This document shows positions 18,317 to 28,809 of a stretch of DNA of 64,000 nucleotides, in pieces. A program made the position numbers and the translations under genes. How positions within the stretch are numbered: the first letter of the stretch is position 1; every line of letters begins with the position of its first letter. The stretch spans positions 17,287 through 81,286 of the forward strand of contig JAJZFV010000055.1 of the NCBI GenBank assembly GCA_021805205.1. The letters are read 5' to 3'. Below the pieces are notes generated by a model. That model was not told the origin of the DNA and did not search any database. It was given only the letters and a program-made list of their open reading frames with translations. This stretch comes from Actinomycetes bacterium (lineage in GTDB: Bacteria > Actinomycetota > Acidimicrobiia > Acidimicrobiales > Acidimicrobiaceae).

Positions 18317-19000
18317 CTAATTAGCTACGTGCTCCGCAAAGAATGGAAGGAGTCGATCCCAAGCCGTGCTAGAGGCTGCTGCGTCGTAGACCTCAGGCCT
18401 TGTGTCGTTAAAGAAGGCGTGGTGCGTCCCATCGTAGACGTAGATGTTTGCATCTTTGCCTAGTTCCCTTAGGTGTTCCCCGAGTGCCCTCGACGACTCA
18501 GGTGGCATAAAGTCGTCGAACTCAGCGTAGTGACCTTGTACAGCGGCTGTCATTCCGGAGTAGTCGGGTGCTGCCTCAGGCCAAGCAATTACGCCGTAGA
18601 AGGGTGCAACCGCCGAGACTGCGTCTGGCCGTTGGGCGGCTAGCACTAGAGCTAGTCCACCGCCCATACAGAAGCCGACTGCTCCGCACTTAGTAGCACC
18701 TGCAGCGGCCATTACTGCATCTGCAGCGCCAGAGAGATCCTTGGAGAACTTGCTTACCTCAAGTGCCATCATGAACTTACCGGCTTCATCTGGCTCCGAG
18801 GCGGCCTTCCCACCGTAGAGGTCTGGGGCTAAGGCGTAGTAGCCCTCCGCCGCGAAGCGATCGCAAAGATCCTTAATGTGAGGTACGAGTCCCCACCACT
18901 CTTGAACTACAACTAGTGCTCCACCATTTGGATTGGTTGGAGTCGCTAGATATCCAGTGGCGGTTCCGCCATTACTTTTAAATTCAATCATTTCACCCAT
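18317..19000 (-). CDS. Dienelactone hydrolase family protein
   Basis: QEWWG, APDLY, GFCMGG nucleophile, HAFFND. Confidence 0.93.
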   Translation of the reverse strand: MGEMIEFKSNGGTATGYLATPTNPNGGALVVVQEWWGLVPHIKDLCDRFAAEGYYALAPDLYGGKAASEPDEAGKFMMALEVSKFSKDLSGAADAVMAAAGATKCGAVGFCMGGGLALVLAAQRPDAVSAVAPFYGVIAWPEAAPDYSGMTAAVQGHYAEFDDFMPPESSRALGEHLRELGKDANIYVYDGTHHAFFNDTRPEVYDAAASSTAWDRLLPFFAEHVAN

Positions 19001-19091
19001 ATGACCCTAAATCCTATCACTTCCACGAAACAAACTTAAGGTATCGGAAGATATGTAGGCGAAATCGCCCATCGCCATTGGAAAGAATTCC

Positions 19092-19562
19092 TTAGTAGAC
19101 CCCTTGTAGTTTGCGATGATCCCAGCTGACTATCTTTTCGACGTCGACCACTATCCCAAGACGCTTTTGAGCGCTCTTTACGAAACCTTCCCTCAGCACC
19201 GCTACGTCCCCGTCGATATCTGGCGAAACATATCGATCAAAGATAGATGCCCCTATGGCCTCGATCGAGGGGCGATCTTCAATTACCCTCGCGGTTCCTA
19301 CGATCTCAACTCCACGAAGCTCCTCATAACGATCACCATCCTCAATTAGCATTGTGACATTGGGGTTAGAACGAAGGTTGACTATCTTTTGACTCTTGCC
19401 ATAGGTCCACATCGCAACTTGGCCTTGGTAAAACCCGTACCACATAGCGACAAGGTGAATCTTTCCCTTAGGGTCGATCGATGCCAAGGACACGGTTTGA
19501 CGCCTCTGAAGGAAGGTATCGATCTCTTCAGAGGTCATCGCAATTTGATCACGTCTCGACAT
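19092..19562 (-). CDS. PPOX-class (probable F420-dependent) oxidoreductase
   Basis: HLVAMWY, KSQK..NLR.NP, YEELRGV, SWDHRKL. Confidence 0.85.
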   Translation of the reverse strand: MSRRDQIAMTSEEIDTFLQRRQTVSLASIDPKGKIHLVAMWYGFYQGQVAMWTYGKSQKIVNLRSNPNVTMLIEDGDRYEELRGVEIVGTARVIEDRPSIEAIGASIFDRYVSPDIDGDVAVLREGFVKSAQKRLGIVVDVEKIVSWDHRKLQGVY

Positions 19563-19639
19563 TTTTCTAGCGCCACCTTTCTAAAGACCACCAGATGTTC
19601 ACAAAAGTTGTAAACTTCCAGATCAAACTTGGGTGGTTA

Positions 19640-20428
19640 TTACCAAGTCGTAATCAACTCTGGAACCACACTTAATCGCTCGAAGTTGCGACTATCACCC
19701 ATTACGTAGGTGATGGTCGCCTGGGAGTCACCCGTCGTTAGTAGTGATTTGAGGTTACGCACCGAATGAATTGGATCTCCATTCCCAAAGAGCTCCAATT
19801 GGCGGTCGTATATCCCTCGCGAAACTTTGAATCCTGTAGGAACCACAACTGCCACGTCGACGTTGGCGTCGATAGCAACCATCATTATCTGATCGACGCG
19901 ATTTTCAACAATTGCCTCTCCCTCACAAAACGAGAGAACCTCAACTACAACTAGCGGCTTGTAGCCAGCGTTCAATGCAAAGCCAACTTGATCTTCGAAG
20001 CGCCGAAGATTGGCAACTGCATAAGGTCGAGCTCCTTTTTCGGAACGATCGGCTGAAGCCTTGTCACGGAACCTGCCCCTTCCACCATCTCCAATAAAGG
20101 TTCTGGCACTTCTGTCGCCGTCGGCAAATAAGAGCTGCGAACCGGCTGCAACCTCGCTCCATAGGTGGCGAATATGGAGTTCATCAGAGAGCTCTCTACG
20201 AATGATCCGAGACTCTTCTTCCACTTCCATTGCTGATATGAGGCGGTTGGCGACGTTCCAGAGAGCCCCATTCGAGCTGTGGGCATCGATCATCCGGCGA
20301 AGTGCGGTAAGACGCATCGCCGGTAAATCGATATTTTCTCCTACTACAGCAGCAACGGTTGAGGCCACCTCGTCGGGGGTGGCATCCTTCAAATCAGCGA
20401 TATAGCGCAAGATCTCAAGCGGATTCAT
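19640..20428 (-). CDS. Conserved hypothetical protein, possibly a diverged IF-2B/NagB-RpiA-like fold
   Basis: Directly downstream of fumC. Helical N-terminus (ILRYIA...LRRMIDAH..NGALW) followed by an alpha/beta region. Fold assignment is tentative. Confidence 0.6.
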   Translation of the reverse strand: MNPLEILRYIADLKDATPDEVASTVAAVVGENIDLPAMRLTALRRMIDAHSSNGALWNVANRLISAMEVEEESRIIRRELSDELHIRHLWSEVAAGSQLLFADGDRSARTFIGDGGRGRFRDKASADRSEKGARPYAVANLRRFEDQVGFALNAGYKPLVVVEVLSFCEGEAIVENRVDQIMMVAIDANVDVAVVVPTGFKVSRGIYDRQLELFGNGDPIHSVRNLKSLLTTGDSQATITYVMGDSRNFERLSVVPELITTW

Positions 20429-20437
20429 CTCTTCAAG

Positions 20438-21820
20438 CTAGCCGATTACGCCACCTTTAGTCATCGCCATGACATCAAGAGCACGATCGACCTCCTCCTC
20501 AGAGAGTAGGCCTTCTTCCAAAACTAGGGTTCGAAGGTCCTTATTTTCCTTGAGTGATCGCTTGATGATTCGCGCCGCCGCCTCGTAACCGATATAGGGG
20601 TTGAGTGAAGTTCCGATAGATGGACTAGACAGGGCGTAGTGTCTACACCGTTCGACGTCGGCGACGATGCCCTCGACACACTTGTCGGCTAAAGCAATTG
20701 ACACCGAGGAGACGAGCTCGATGGACTCGATCAAGTTTCGCGCCATCACTGGTAGCATCACATTCAATTCAAGGACTCCCGCACTTCCACCGAAAGCGAC
20801 TGCCGCATCGTTTCCTACGACTTGAGCGACGACCTGACATACAGCCTCTGGAACTACAGGGTTTACCTTTCCTGGCATAATCGACGATCCGGGCTGAAGG
20901 TCAGGTAGGTGAATCTCTCCGAGGCCACATCGCGGGCCAGAACTCATCCATCGAAGATCGTTGGCGATCTTATATAGCGACATCGCAATCGTCCGTAGTA
21001 CACCGGAGGCCTCAACCAGTGCATCTCTAGCCCCTTGGGCCTCAAAGTGATTCCTAGCCTCTGTTAGGGGTAGGTCGGTTGCATCACGAAGTATCTCTAT
21101 TGCACGGGCCGCAAAGCCGGCAGGGGCATTGATTCCAGTTCCCACCGCAGTGCCGCCGAGTGGAAGTTCGCAGACTCTACCCAAGATCGATTCGACGCGT
21201 TCCACGCCATAGGATATCGCCGCTCGATAACCGCCGAACTCCTGGCCAAGGGTTACAGGGGTGGCGTCCATCAAGTGAGTTCTTCCGGACTTTACCACTT
21301 CGGCAAATTCTTCCTCCTTGCGTTCCAGAGAGGCTGCGAGGTGGACCAAGGCGGGAATCAAAGTAGATTTGAGCTCCATTCCGGCTGCGAGGTGGATCGA
21401 AGAGGGGAAAACGTCGTTTGACGACTGCGAGGCGTTGGTATGGTCGTTTGGCTTTACCTTGACGCCATCTAGGAGCGAGGTAGCGATCGTTGAGAGGACC
21501 TCATTCATATTCATATTCGATGAGGTTCCAGAACCGGTCTGAAATACATCCACTGGAAACTCTCCGTAGTGGCGCCCTTCAATAACCTGATTTGAAGCTT
21601 CTACGATGGCGGTGGCAATAGCGGGATCTAAAACTCCAATCTCACTATTGGCCCGAGCGGCCGCTCCTTTAATCATTGCAATCGCCCTTATAAGAGGCTT
21701 TGAGATTGTAAGTCCAGATATCGGAAAGTTCTCTACGGCGCGCTGAGTCTGCGCCTGCCACTTTGCATCGAATGGAACCTTGACCTCACCCATTGAGTCG
21801 TGTTCAATACGATATTCCAT
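20438..21820 (-). CDS. fumC: Class II fumarate hydratase
   Basis: [55 protein letters not shown]. Confidence 0.96.
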   Translation of the reverse strand: MEYRIEHDSMGEVKVPFDAKWQAQTQRAVENFPISGLTISKPLIRAIAMIKGAAARANSEIGVLDPAIATAIVEASNQVIEGRHYGEFPVDVFQTGSGTSSNMNMNEVLSTIATSLLDGVKVKPNDHTNASQSSNDVFPSSIHLAAGMELKSTLIPALVHLAASLERKEEEFAEVVKSGRTHLMDATPVTLGQEFGGYRAAISYGVERVESILGRVCELPLGGTAVGTGINAPAGFAARAIEILRDATDLPLTEARNHFEAQGARDALVEASGVLRTIAMSLYKIANDLRWMSSGPRCGLGEIHLPDLQPGSSIMPGKVNPVVPEAVCQVVAQVVGNDAAVAFGGSAGVLELNVMLPVMARNLIESIELVSSVSIALADKCVEGIVADVERCRHYALSSPSIGTSLNPYIGYEAAARIIKRSLKENKDLRTLVLEEGLLSEEEVDRALDVMAMTKGGVIG

Positions 21821-22187
21821 CTACCCATCCCACCTTTGTGACTACGTTGTTTTGAGATTACTACAGATTGAAAATGTGATTCAATTTCACTAGAGCTATT
21901 ACTGCAAGAGTTCATCAAATCGATATTCACGAAAAAATTGGCGTTGCCGTCAAAGACCCCCGATCGAGCAAATACCCATCTAGGGGGTTATAACTTGGGC
22001 TCATTTTCCAACTCCCACGACAATTTACTCAAGTAGGTCGACGCAGCTACCGATAGTTAAGGAGTGAGTTAGAGTTTATTAATCGGCCTTTAAAACAGAA
22101 ATTTGGGTTATCGCAATCCCGCACGGCAAACTATCATGTTCCTAATTGCATTATGCAGTCCCTTTAGTGAACGTCAGGAAAGGTGCG

Positions 22188-23369
22188 ATGCATAAAAAGT
22201 TCAACAGGCTCAAACGCCTAGCGATCGGCACGACCGCCATAGCGGCACAACTTACGGCTACCGCGATCACAACCACTACAGCAGGTGCAGATCAGTTGTC
22301 GAGTGCCAAGGCACAAGCAGCGTCGATTGCTTCAAAGATTTCAAATTTAAATAACCAAGTAAACCTGTATTCCGAAGCCTACGACCAAGCAAATCTGCAG
22401 CTAAGTAATTTAAACCAGCAGATCGCAGCTAGTCAATCCAAGATCAACTCCACCGAGAGTCAAATTGCAGGTCTTCGCAGGAAGTTGGCCATCGAGGCCA
22501 TCAATTTTTACACTCAGGGCGGATCGGTCGTCTCCTTCGCGAGCATCCTAAATGGCTCTTCCACCGACATTACTCTACGCAATGTATACGCCGGAACCGT
22601 TGCCAACTCACAACAGACCCTCATCCTCCAATTCAGCGCGGCACAGGCGTCACTGAAGGCCGAAAAGCAAAAACTGGCACAACAACAGAGTCAAGTCCAA
22701 CAAGAGTTAAATGCTGCGGCCCAGTCCAAACGCGACGCCCAAAATGCAATGGCTCAAGCGCAATCCCAACTCTCTTCGGTCAACGCCAACATCTCGGCAC
22801 TCGTCATTCAAGCCCAGCAGCAGCAGGCTGCTGCTCAAGCAGCGGCGGCAGCCGCTGCTCAAAAGCGCGCCGAGGCCCTTATATTGGCCCAGCAGCAGGC
22901 TCAGCGGCAGGCCCAACAGCAGGCTCAGCAACAGGCGGCTCTTCAGCAGGGTCAAAAGCAAAATCAACAATCATCCGGGATTGCTCCGACACTCATCATG
23001 CCTCCAGCGCCACCGGTCGGTGCAGGAGCCTCGCGCGCAGTTGCAGTCGCGATGTCAGAGCTAGGAAAGCCCTACGTATTTGGTGCTTCAGGTCCGTATG
23101 CCTTTGACTGCTCCGGCTTTGCAATGTATGCCTGGGGACAAGCTGGGGTATCGCTACCCCACAACGCTGCGGCGCAGTACGACTCAATTCCGCACGTCTC
23201 GCTATCACAGTTACAACCAGGAGACTTAGTCTTCTACTTCACTCCGATCGATCACGTAGCGATCTATATAGGGGGAGGAAACGTGGTTGTGGCAGATAAT
23301 CCATCGTATCCAATTGCAGTCAGGAGCCTCTACTGGGATGGTACTCCGGTTGGAGCAGGGCGACCGTAA
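22188..23369 (+). CDS. Secreted coiled-coil NlpC/P60 peptidoglycan endopeptidase (CwlO/RipA-like)
   Basis: Signal peptide after an AGGAAAGG RBS, Q/A-rich coiled coil, LGKPYVFG..GP..FDCSG, QPGDLVF, HVAIYIG. Confidence 0.9.
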   Translation: MHKKFNRLKRLAIGTTAIAAQLTATAITTTTAGADQLSSAKAQAASIASKISNLNNQVNLYSEAYDQANLQLSNLNQQIAASQSKINSTESQIAGLRRKLAIEAINFYTQGGSVVSFASILNGSSTDITLRNVYAGTVANSQQTLILQFSAAQASLKAEKQKLAQQQSQVQQELNAAAQSKRDAQNAMAQAQSQLSSVNANISALVIQAQQQQAAAQAAAAAAAQKRAEALILAQQQAQRQAQQQAQQQAALQQGQKQNQQSSGIAPTLIMPPAPPVGAGASRAVAVAMSELGKPYVFGASGPYAFDCSGFAMYAWGQAGVSLPHNAAAQYDSIPHVSLSQLQPGDLVFYFTPIDHVAIYIGGGNVVVADNPSYPIAVRSLYWDGTPVGAGRP

Positions 23370-23497
23370 AAGCAAGACGGTTTGATTGCATATGAGTTCA
23401 AATAAGCAAAGTCAAACCAATCGATTAGCCACAGAACACCAAGTCCTAGATTTAAGGTCGAAAGCGTCGGCGCTTTAAATGGCGATCAGCTAAAACA

Positions 23498-23531
23498 ACA
23501 AATGAGCTCCTCTTTCGAGAAGCTCATTTGT
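23498..23531. terminator. Stem-loop after the NlpC/P60 gene
   Basis: ACAAATGAGCT...AGCTCATTTGT. Confidence 0.55.
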
Positions 23532-23659
23532 CTCCATAGGTCTCATCTTTATTACTTTCACTGAAACCAAATCAGACGTCGAAGCCTCCAACGAGAATTT
23601 GTGAGAGGCGAATCGGCAAACTCGCATCTGCGATCACAATCCAACTAGCATCGAGTTAC

Positions 23660-24601
23660 ATGAAGGCTGTAAAGATTGTAGATAAATCGGTTGAAGTGCT
23701 TGACGTTGAAGTCCCCCATCTTGGGAGCGACGATCTCTTAGTAAAGGTAGCTTCGGCGGGTTTGAATGCCGCAGATCTACTCCAAGTTTCAGGGAACTAC
23801 CCGCCACCTCCAGGGGTCGAACCATCAATACCTGGCCTAGAATTTGCCGGGACAGTCGCAGCCGTAGGAAGTGGTGCCGATAATCACCGCCTAGGTAAAA
23901 AGGTGATGGCAATAGTGGCGGGCGCAGCCCAAGCAGAATTTGTAGCCGTTCATAAGAGCAACGTCATTGAAGTTCCTCAAGACAGTGATATCTCGCAGTG
24001 GGGCGCCTTTCCCGAAGTCTACACCACGGCATTTGACGCCATCTTTCGCCAGGCAAACCTAAAGATAGGCGAGAGGATCCTAATTACTGGTGCCACCGGT
24101 GGAGTTGGAAGCGCCGCCATCGACCTCGCTAAGGTCGCTGGAGCGGTCGTTGTTGCCTCCTCGCGAAGTGAAGGCGGAAGGAGCTATGTCGAGGCAAAGG
24201 GGGCCATCGCCATATCGCCTGATGAGATAGCTACCAACGGAGGCTATGACGTAGTACTCGAGTTGACCGGCGGCACTTCCACTATCGATGCACTTTCAGC
24301 GCTCAATATCGGTGGCCGAATCGTAGTGATTGGCTTGACCCCTAACTCAAAGGTGGAAGTAGATCTACGACAAATAATGGTGCGACGAGCTTCGATATGT
24401 GGCTCTACCCTACGAGCTCGCTCCATCGCCGAAAAGTCGCTCCTTGCCAAAGCTATAGGAGATCAGGTGGTTCCACTAATTACGGGCGGGAAGTTCACCC
24501 TTCCACCAACGACATTCTTTCCGATCGAACAAGCCAAAGAGGCCTACTCTTACTTCACTTCATCCAAAACTGGAAAAGTAGCGATTACCTTCGACCACTA
24601 A
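23660..24601 (+). CDS. NAD(P)H:quinone oxidoreductase (MDR/PIG3 family)
   Basis: AGLNAADLLQ..GNYPPP, PGLEFAG, PEVYTTA, TGATGGVG, GSTLRAR, GKV. Confidence 0.9.
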   Translation: MKAVKIVDKSVEVLDVEVPHLGSDDLLVKVASAGLNAADLLQVSGNYPPPPGVEPSIPGLEFAGTVAAVGSGADNHRLGKKVMAIVAGAAQAEFVAVHKSNVIEVPQDSDISQWGAFPEVYTTAFDAIFRQANLKIGERILITGATGGVGSAAIDLAKVAGAVVVASSRSEGGRSYVEAKGAIAISPDEIATNGGYDVVLELTGGTSTIDALSALNIGGRIVVIGLTPNSKVEVDLRQIMVRRASICGSTLRARSIAEKSLLAKAIGDQVVPLITGGKFTLPPTTFFPIEQAKEAYSYFTSSKTGKVAITFDH

Positions 24602-24779
24602 ATGGCCCTATGGAAGTGGCACTACCACACAAATTTGCCACTTCCCCATAGTTAGAACCACTCAATTTAGTAGTTGAAGCTTCAAATTGATAGTCTCAAA
24701 AGCGTAACCGACCCTAGCTTAGCTTTAGGCTTTTAGGCGAATCAGCGTTTTGATCTTATGCTTGGGGAGGCTATCGAAG

Positions 24780-26204
24780 TTGATCGAAGTTAAAAAGACC
24801 AAGATTGTCGCGACACTTGGACCTGCTTGTGACAACATCGACACCGTAGTGGCGATGGCAAAAGCAGGCATGAACGTGGCACGACTAAATCTTGCCCACG
24901 GGACACCGGCCTCTATAGTGAGACTCATCGGTCTTGTGAGGCGCGCCGAGCGTCATACCGGCAAGATGATTTCGATCCTGGCAGACCTTCCCGGTCCAAA
25001 GATGAGGATTGGAAAGATCGACGGCGTCATGAAGCTGACGCAGAATATGGTCGTTACATTAGCACCGAGCGACTCAGACGTTGACAAAGTTGAAAACCTC
25101 ATCCCAGTCGACTTTCCGGGGATTGCAAGGGCAGTCTCCCCCGGATCGCTAATCTACCTAGCCGATGGATTTCTTTCGCTATCGGTGCTCGATGTCGATG
25201 GTGAACTAATTCGCGCCAAGGTCACAGCGGGCGGCGACCTAACGTCACATAAGGGAATCAACCTTCCAGGGGTAACCTTAGATATTTCATCACTTACCGA
25301 TAAGGATGCAGAGCTCCTCTACTTTGCCCTCTCACGGGGCGCAGATGCCCTCTCTATCTCCTTTGTACAGCGAGCCGAGGATCTTCACCGAGCCAGGAAA
25401 ATCGCAAGTGACCACGGCTTTTCCCCATTTTTATTTGCGAAGATAGAGCACCCGGCCGCCCTTCGTGATATCGATTCGATTCTCGAAGCTGCAGATGGAA
25501 TTATGGTGGCAAGAGGAGATCTTGGCATCGAACTTCCCCTAGAAGAGATACCTTTGGTTCAAAAAGAGCTGATATTTAGGGCCAACTGCGAAGGAAAGCC
25601 GGTAATTACAGCGACTCAGATGCTCGAGTCGATGGTAGATTCGCCACGTCCAACCAGAGCTGAAGTAACCGACGTTGCAAATGCGATCCTCGATGGCACC
25701 GACGCTGTAATGCTCAGCGAAGAGTCAGCCATGGGCAAGTACCCCATCGAAGCAGTCAAGACACTGGCCAAAGTTGCACAATATACCGAAGAGCACGCTA
25801 CCTTCATTCCGGCACGTGAACGAGTAGCAGAGCACATGAGCGAAGTGGCAACTTCAGTCACTGAAATTGTCGCTCTTTCAGTATTGAGTGCGGTGGAAAA
25901 ACTAAAACCAGACTACATCGTCACACCAACAGAATCCGGGTCCACTCCCCGTTCAATCGCTAAGTTCAGGATGAAGCCGTGGATCGTTGCCCTCACCCGT
26001 GAGGAAGAGGTTGCAAGGCGCTTAGCATTTACCTCCGGAGTACTCCCTCTAGTAATCAAGCCCGCCAGTAACACCTGGGAAAATACCACCAAAGAGGTTA
26101 TGAGCGAGATCGACCCATCTGCAGATCTAATCTTGCTTACGCAAGGCTCCCAAGGTCGCCACTCAGGCGACACCAACCGGATCGATATAATTCGAATGAA
26201 GTAA
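24780..26204 (+). CDS. pyk: Pyruvate kinase
   Basis: KTKIVATLGP, GMNVARLN, DLPGPK, KGINLP, AKIE, IMVARGDLG, ATQMLESM..SPRPTRAEVTDVANAILDG. Start set to TTG 24780 after GGGGAGG. Confidence 0.96.
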   Translation: MIEVKKTKIVATLGPACDNIDTVVAMAKAGMNVARLNLAHGTPASIVRLIGLVRRAERHTGKMISILADLPGPKMRIGKIDGVMKLTQNMVVTLAPSDSDVDKVENLIPVDFPGIARAVSPGSLIYLADGFLSLSVLDVDGELIRAKVTAGGDLTSHKGINLPGVTLDISSLTDKDAELLYFALSRGADALSISFVQRAEDLHRARKIASDHGFSPFLFAKIEHPAALRDIDSILEAADGIMVARGDLGIELPLEEIPLVQKELIFRANCEGKPVITATQMLESMVDSPRPTRAEVTDVANAILDGTDAVMLSEESAMGKYPIEAVKTLAKVAQYTEEHATFIPARERVAEHMSEVATSVTEIVALSVLSAVEKLKPDYIVTPTESGSTPRSIAKFRMKPWIVALTREEEVARRLAFTSGVLPLVIKPASNTWENTTKEVMSEIDPSADLILLTQGSQGRHSGDTNRIDIIRMK

Positions 26205-26246
26205 TCAGAAGATCTCGGTCGAGATCCTGAAAGTCGAGATCAAAGT

Positions 26247-26278
26247 AAGTAGCCAGCCGAACTATCGGCTGGCTACTT
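26247..26278. terminator. Bidirectional terminator between pyk and the SDR gene
   Basis: AAGTAGCCAGCCGA-acta-TCGGCTGGCTACTT. Confidence 0.75.
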
Positions 26279-26314
26279 TATAATCTGTGCAACGGCAGGC
26301 CGGAGTAACTATCT

Positions 26315-27076
26315 TTAGTAGATAGTCCAACCTCCATCGACCACTATGGTCTGGCCGGTGAGATAACTCCCGGCATCGGTCGCAAGGAGGAGCATTACCC
26401 CATCTAACTCCTCAATTCGTCCACCCCTACCCATCGGGGTCACCCGCGCCATCCAATTTTGGGCTCGCTCCGATTCGAACATCACCGTGGTCATCTCGGA
26501 GGGGAACCATCCAGGGGCAATCGCATTTACCCTTACCTTGCTCTTAGCCCATTGAAGAGCTAGCTCACGGGTTAGATTTACAACACCAGCTTTAGATGCA
26601 GCATAGGAAGCTTGGGGTATCGAGTTTGAGGCGATTGTACCTAGGACTGACGCCACATTTACTATTGCGGCACTCTGATCTCTAGCTATCGCCTCACGGG
26701 CAACAAGGCGAGAGAGGGTAAAGACCGAGGTCAAATTGGTCTCCACTACCATCCGAAAGTGGTCGGGGGACTCCTCTAGGGCTGGCATTGGATCGGCAAC
26801 GCCGGCGTTATTGATACAGATATCGATTCGACCATATCTCTCCAGCGTCTTTTCAACTAGGCCATTCAAATCATCATCGACGGTCACATCACATCGCACC
26901 GCAAGAGAGTCTTTGAAGGATTTAGCGAGATCAACAATTCGCTCTTCACGCCGCGCAGCTACGACCACCTTGGCTCCCAAAGCATCTAAAAGGGTAGCAA
27001 ATCGCACACCTATTCCACTTGAAGCCCCAGTGACGATCACCACCTTATCTCGCACGTCAAAGATTTCTTCTAGCAC
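26315..27076 (-). CDS. SDR-family oxidoreductase
   Basis: TGASSGIG, NNAG, NVAS, YAASK, VNAIAPG, VDGG. Start moved to GTG 27076 to avoid overlap with lgt. Confidence 0.92.
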   Translation of the reverse strand: MLEEIFDVRDKVVIVTGASSGIGVRFATLLDALGAKVVVAARREERIVDLAKSFKDSLAVRCDVTVDDDLNGLVEKTLERYGRIDICINNAGVADPMPALEESPDHFRMVVETNLTSVFTLSRLVAREAIARDQSAAIVNVASVLGTIASNSIPQASYAASKAGVVNLTRELALQWAKSKVRVNAIAPGWFPSEMTTVMFESERAQNWMARVTPMGRGGRIEELDGVMLLLATDAGSYLTGQTIVVDGGWTIY

Positions 27077-27209
27077 TACGTACCCACTTTCGTCGAAAAA
27101 TTGTGACAATATTACTACAATTAGAAGGTGAGATTCGCGTGGTAGCAATACCCCAATCCACATTGCTTCGAAGAGGTTATATCCCCTTTGTGCATGTGAG
27201 AAGGACCAA

Positions 27210-28067
27210 ATGAAACCAATACCCGTAGTATTCAACATCGGACCGCTCCAAATCCACACATACGGAATTGGACTAGCGATCGCCTTTTACTTCACTTACC
27301 GTTACTTTGAAGCACGAATGAAGAAGGCGGGCCTCGAAAGCGACTGGATTGGCAAATCTTTTCTGTGGATCATCGCTGCAGCGATAGTTGGGGCCCGTAT
27401 AGTCCACGTCGTAGCCAATATAAGTTACTACTCTTCAAATTTGGGTCAGATCCCAATTATTTGGCACGGAGGCCTCTCCTCCTTCGGCGGCCTCGCCGGA
27501 GCCATTCCTGCTGGGATCTACCTCAAGAAGAAGTATGCCCCAAATGTATCGTTAGCCCGAACCTTTGATGAGTTAGTCCCCTCACTGATAGTCGGTTGGT
27601 CGATTGGGCGCATCTTAGGGCCACAACTTATGTATCAAGGGGGAGGAAGGCCGACTTCATCCTGGTACGGCCTCCAATATGCAGGCCAAATTGGCTATCG
27701 AATTCCAGTACCGATCTTCCAAGCGACAGAGGACTTTATCGTCTTTTTAATCGTTCGCCAGATCTACATCATGCAAGCCAAGTCGCAAAAGCCACTAAAT
27801 CCGGGGTCGGTAGCTCTAATTGGCACCTTGATCTGGTCGGTAACTAGATTTTGGGATGAATACTTCTGGCTCGCGGTGCCGCGACTCTGGGATGCAGTTG
27901 AGGTATTTTCCCTAATACTGGTAGCCGTGACTGCAGCAAGCCTCGCATACATCAATCGCAAAGGGGCACCAAGGCAAGAGAGGGTCGCCCCCAACATAAC
28001 AGAAGGTGCGACACTAGAAACTAAAGTAGGCGCAAATGAGTCCGATCGTGAGGAGTCGCAAAACTAA
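27210..28067 (+). CDS. lgt: Prolipoprotein diacylglyceryl transferase
   Basis: IGPLQIHTYG, IVGARIVHV, WHGGLSSFGG, IGR and multiple TM helices. Confidence 0.85.
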   Translation: MKPIPVVFNIGPLQIHTYGIGLAIAFYFTYRYFEARMKKAGLESDWIGKSFLWIIAAAIVGARIVHVVANISYYSSNLGQIPIIWHGGLSSFGGLAGAIPAGIYLKKKYAPNVSLARTFDELVPSLIVGWSIGRILGPQLMYQGGGRPTSSWYGLQYAGQIGYRIPVPIFQATEDFIVFLIVRQIYIMQAKSQKPLNPGSVALIGTLIWSVTRFWDEYFWLAVPRLWDAVEVFSLILVAVTAASLAYINRKGAPRQERVAPNITEGATLETKVGANESDREESQN

Positions 28068-28100
28068 GGTCTCCAACGTTATCCTCCGATCTGGTAGATT

Positions 28101-28150
28101 TAAAACCAAAGACCCCTCCGAGAAGATCGTCGGAGGGGTCTTTGGTTTTA
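28101..28150. terminator. Bidirectional terminator (21-bp stem) between lgt and DUF501
   Basis: TAAAACCAAAGACCCCTCCGA...TCGGAGGGGTCTTTGGTTTTA. Confidence 0.85.
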
Positions 28151-28275
28151 ACGCTTTGGTGGGTGCGATCGCCTATGCGTTAGTCACTCAAATCCAACGA
28201 GCCAAGCTCTCGACCCCTTCACCATCGACTATGGCATTTACACCGCTAAAGTCAAATGGGGCTGGGGCGGCAACT

Positions 28276-28809
28276 CTACGAATGCAAATTTACCGCTATT
28301 GAATCGGGAAGCTGAAGTGGAGCTAGGTGTTCAAGCTCTTGTCCAAGGTTGGGGTACTCTTCGACCACCCTCTTTACAACTGGATCGTCACCTCCGGCTA
28401 GGTGCCATGCCATATGGGCGTGCAAACACTTAAAGCCAACTCGAGTACCCGCTACTCCGCCATAGGGGCGTGGCCCTTCATACTCTGTGGGGATCAGTGA
28501 ATCACGAAGTAGACGGTATCGACTATGGCTAGCCTCAATCTCTTCAATAGCTACATTCTGACGAACCCAGGTGATGATTCCCCTCGATTCAAGGGTCGAG
28601 ATGCTTTTTACCAGAGTCGGGTCCACTAGCCAAAAGAGAGTTGGCATTGGGAGGTCTCTTCCGATGATGGGAAAGGTTGAAATTACGGCGATATCGCCAT
28701 CGGTTCGCCGCCTTACAACTACGAACTCACCGACAGGTGGACGATCCAAGAGGACCGTCAACCTGTCGATATCTTGTTGTGTTGGTAGGGGCCAATCGAG
28801 CGGCCTCAA
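28276..28809 (-). CDS. DUF501 family protein
   Basis: LDRPP.G, PMPTLFWLVDP, IS.LES.G, GGVAG..., KCLHAH.A..LA. Confidence 0.9.
   Translation of the reverse strand: MRPLDWPLPTQQDIDRLTVLLDRPPVGEFVVVRRRTDGDIAVISTFPIIGRDLPMPTLFWLVDPTLVKSISTLESRGIITWVRQNVAIEEIEASHSRYRLLRDSLIPTEYEGPRPYGGVAGTRVGFKCLHAHMAWHLAGGDDPVVKRVVEEYPNLGQELEHLAPLQLPDSIAVNLHS

Noticed and set aside
21821-22187. c-di-AMP (ydaO) or c-di-GMP-I riboswitch upstream of the NlpC/P60 gene
   Set aside because: Expected from context, but the GCTGAATCC/GGGGTGAA/CAGCTAAC core is absent; the GGCAAAC at ~22126 lacks the GAAA-capped stem and GACGC partner.
22680-22975. Tandem repeat or CRISPR-like array in the CAG/GCN-rich tract
   Set aside because: Imperfect codon-level Gln/Ala low complexity within a coiled coil; no fixed repeat-spacer pattern.
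27077-27259. N-terminal extension of the SDR ORF
   Set aside because: Overlaps divergent lgt, and SDR homology starts near 27076.
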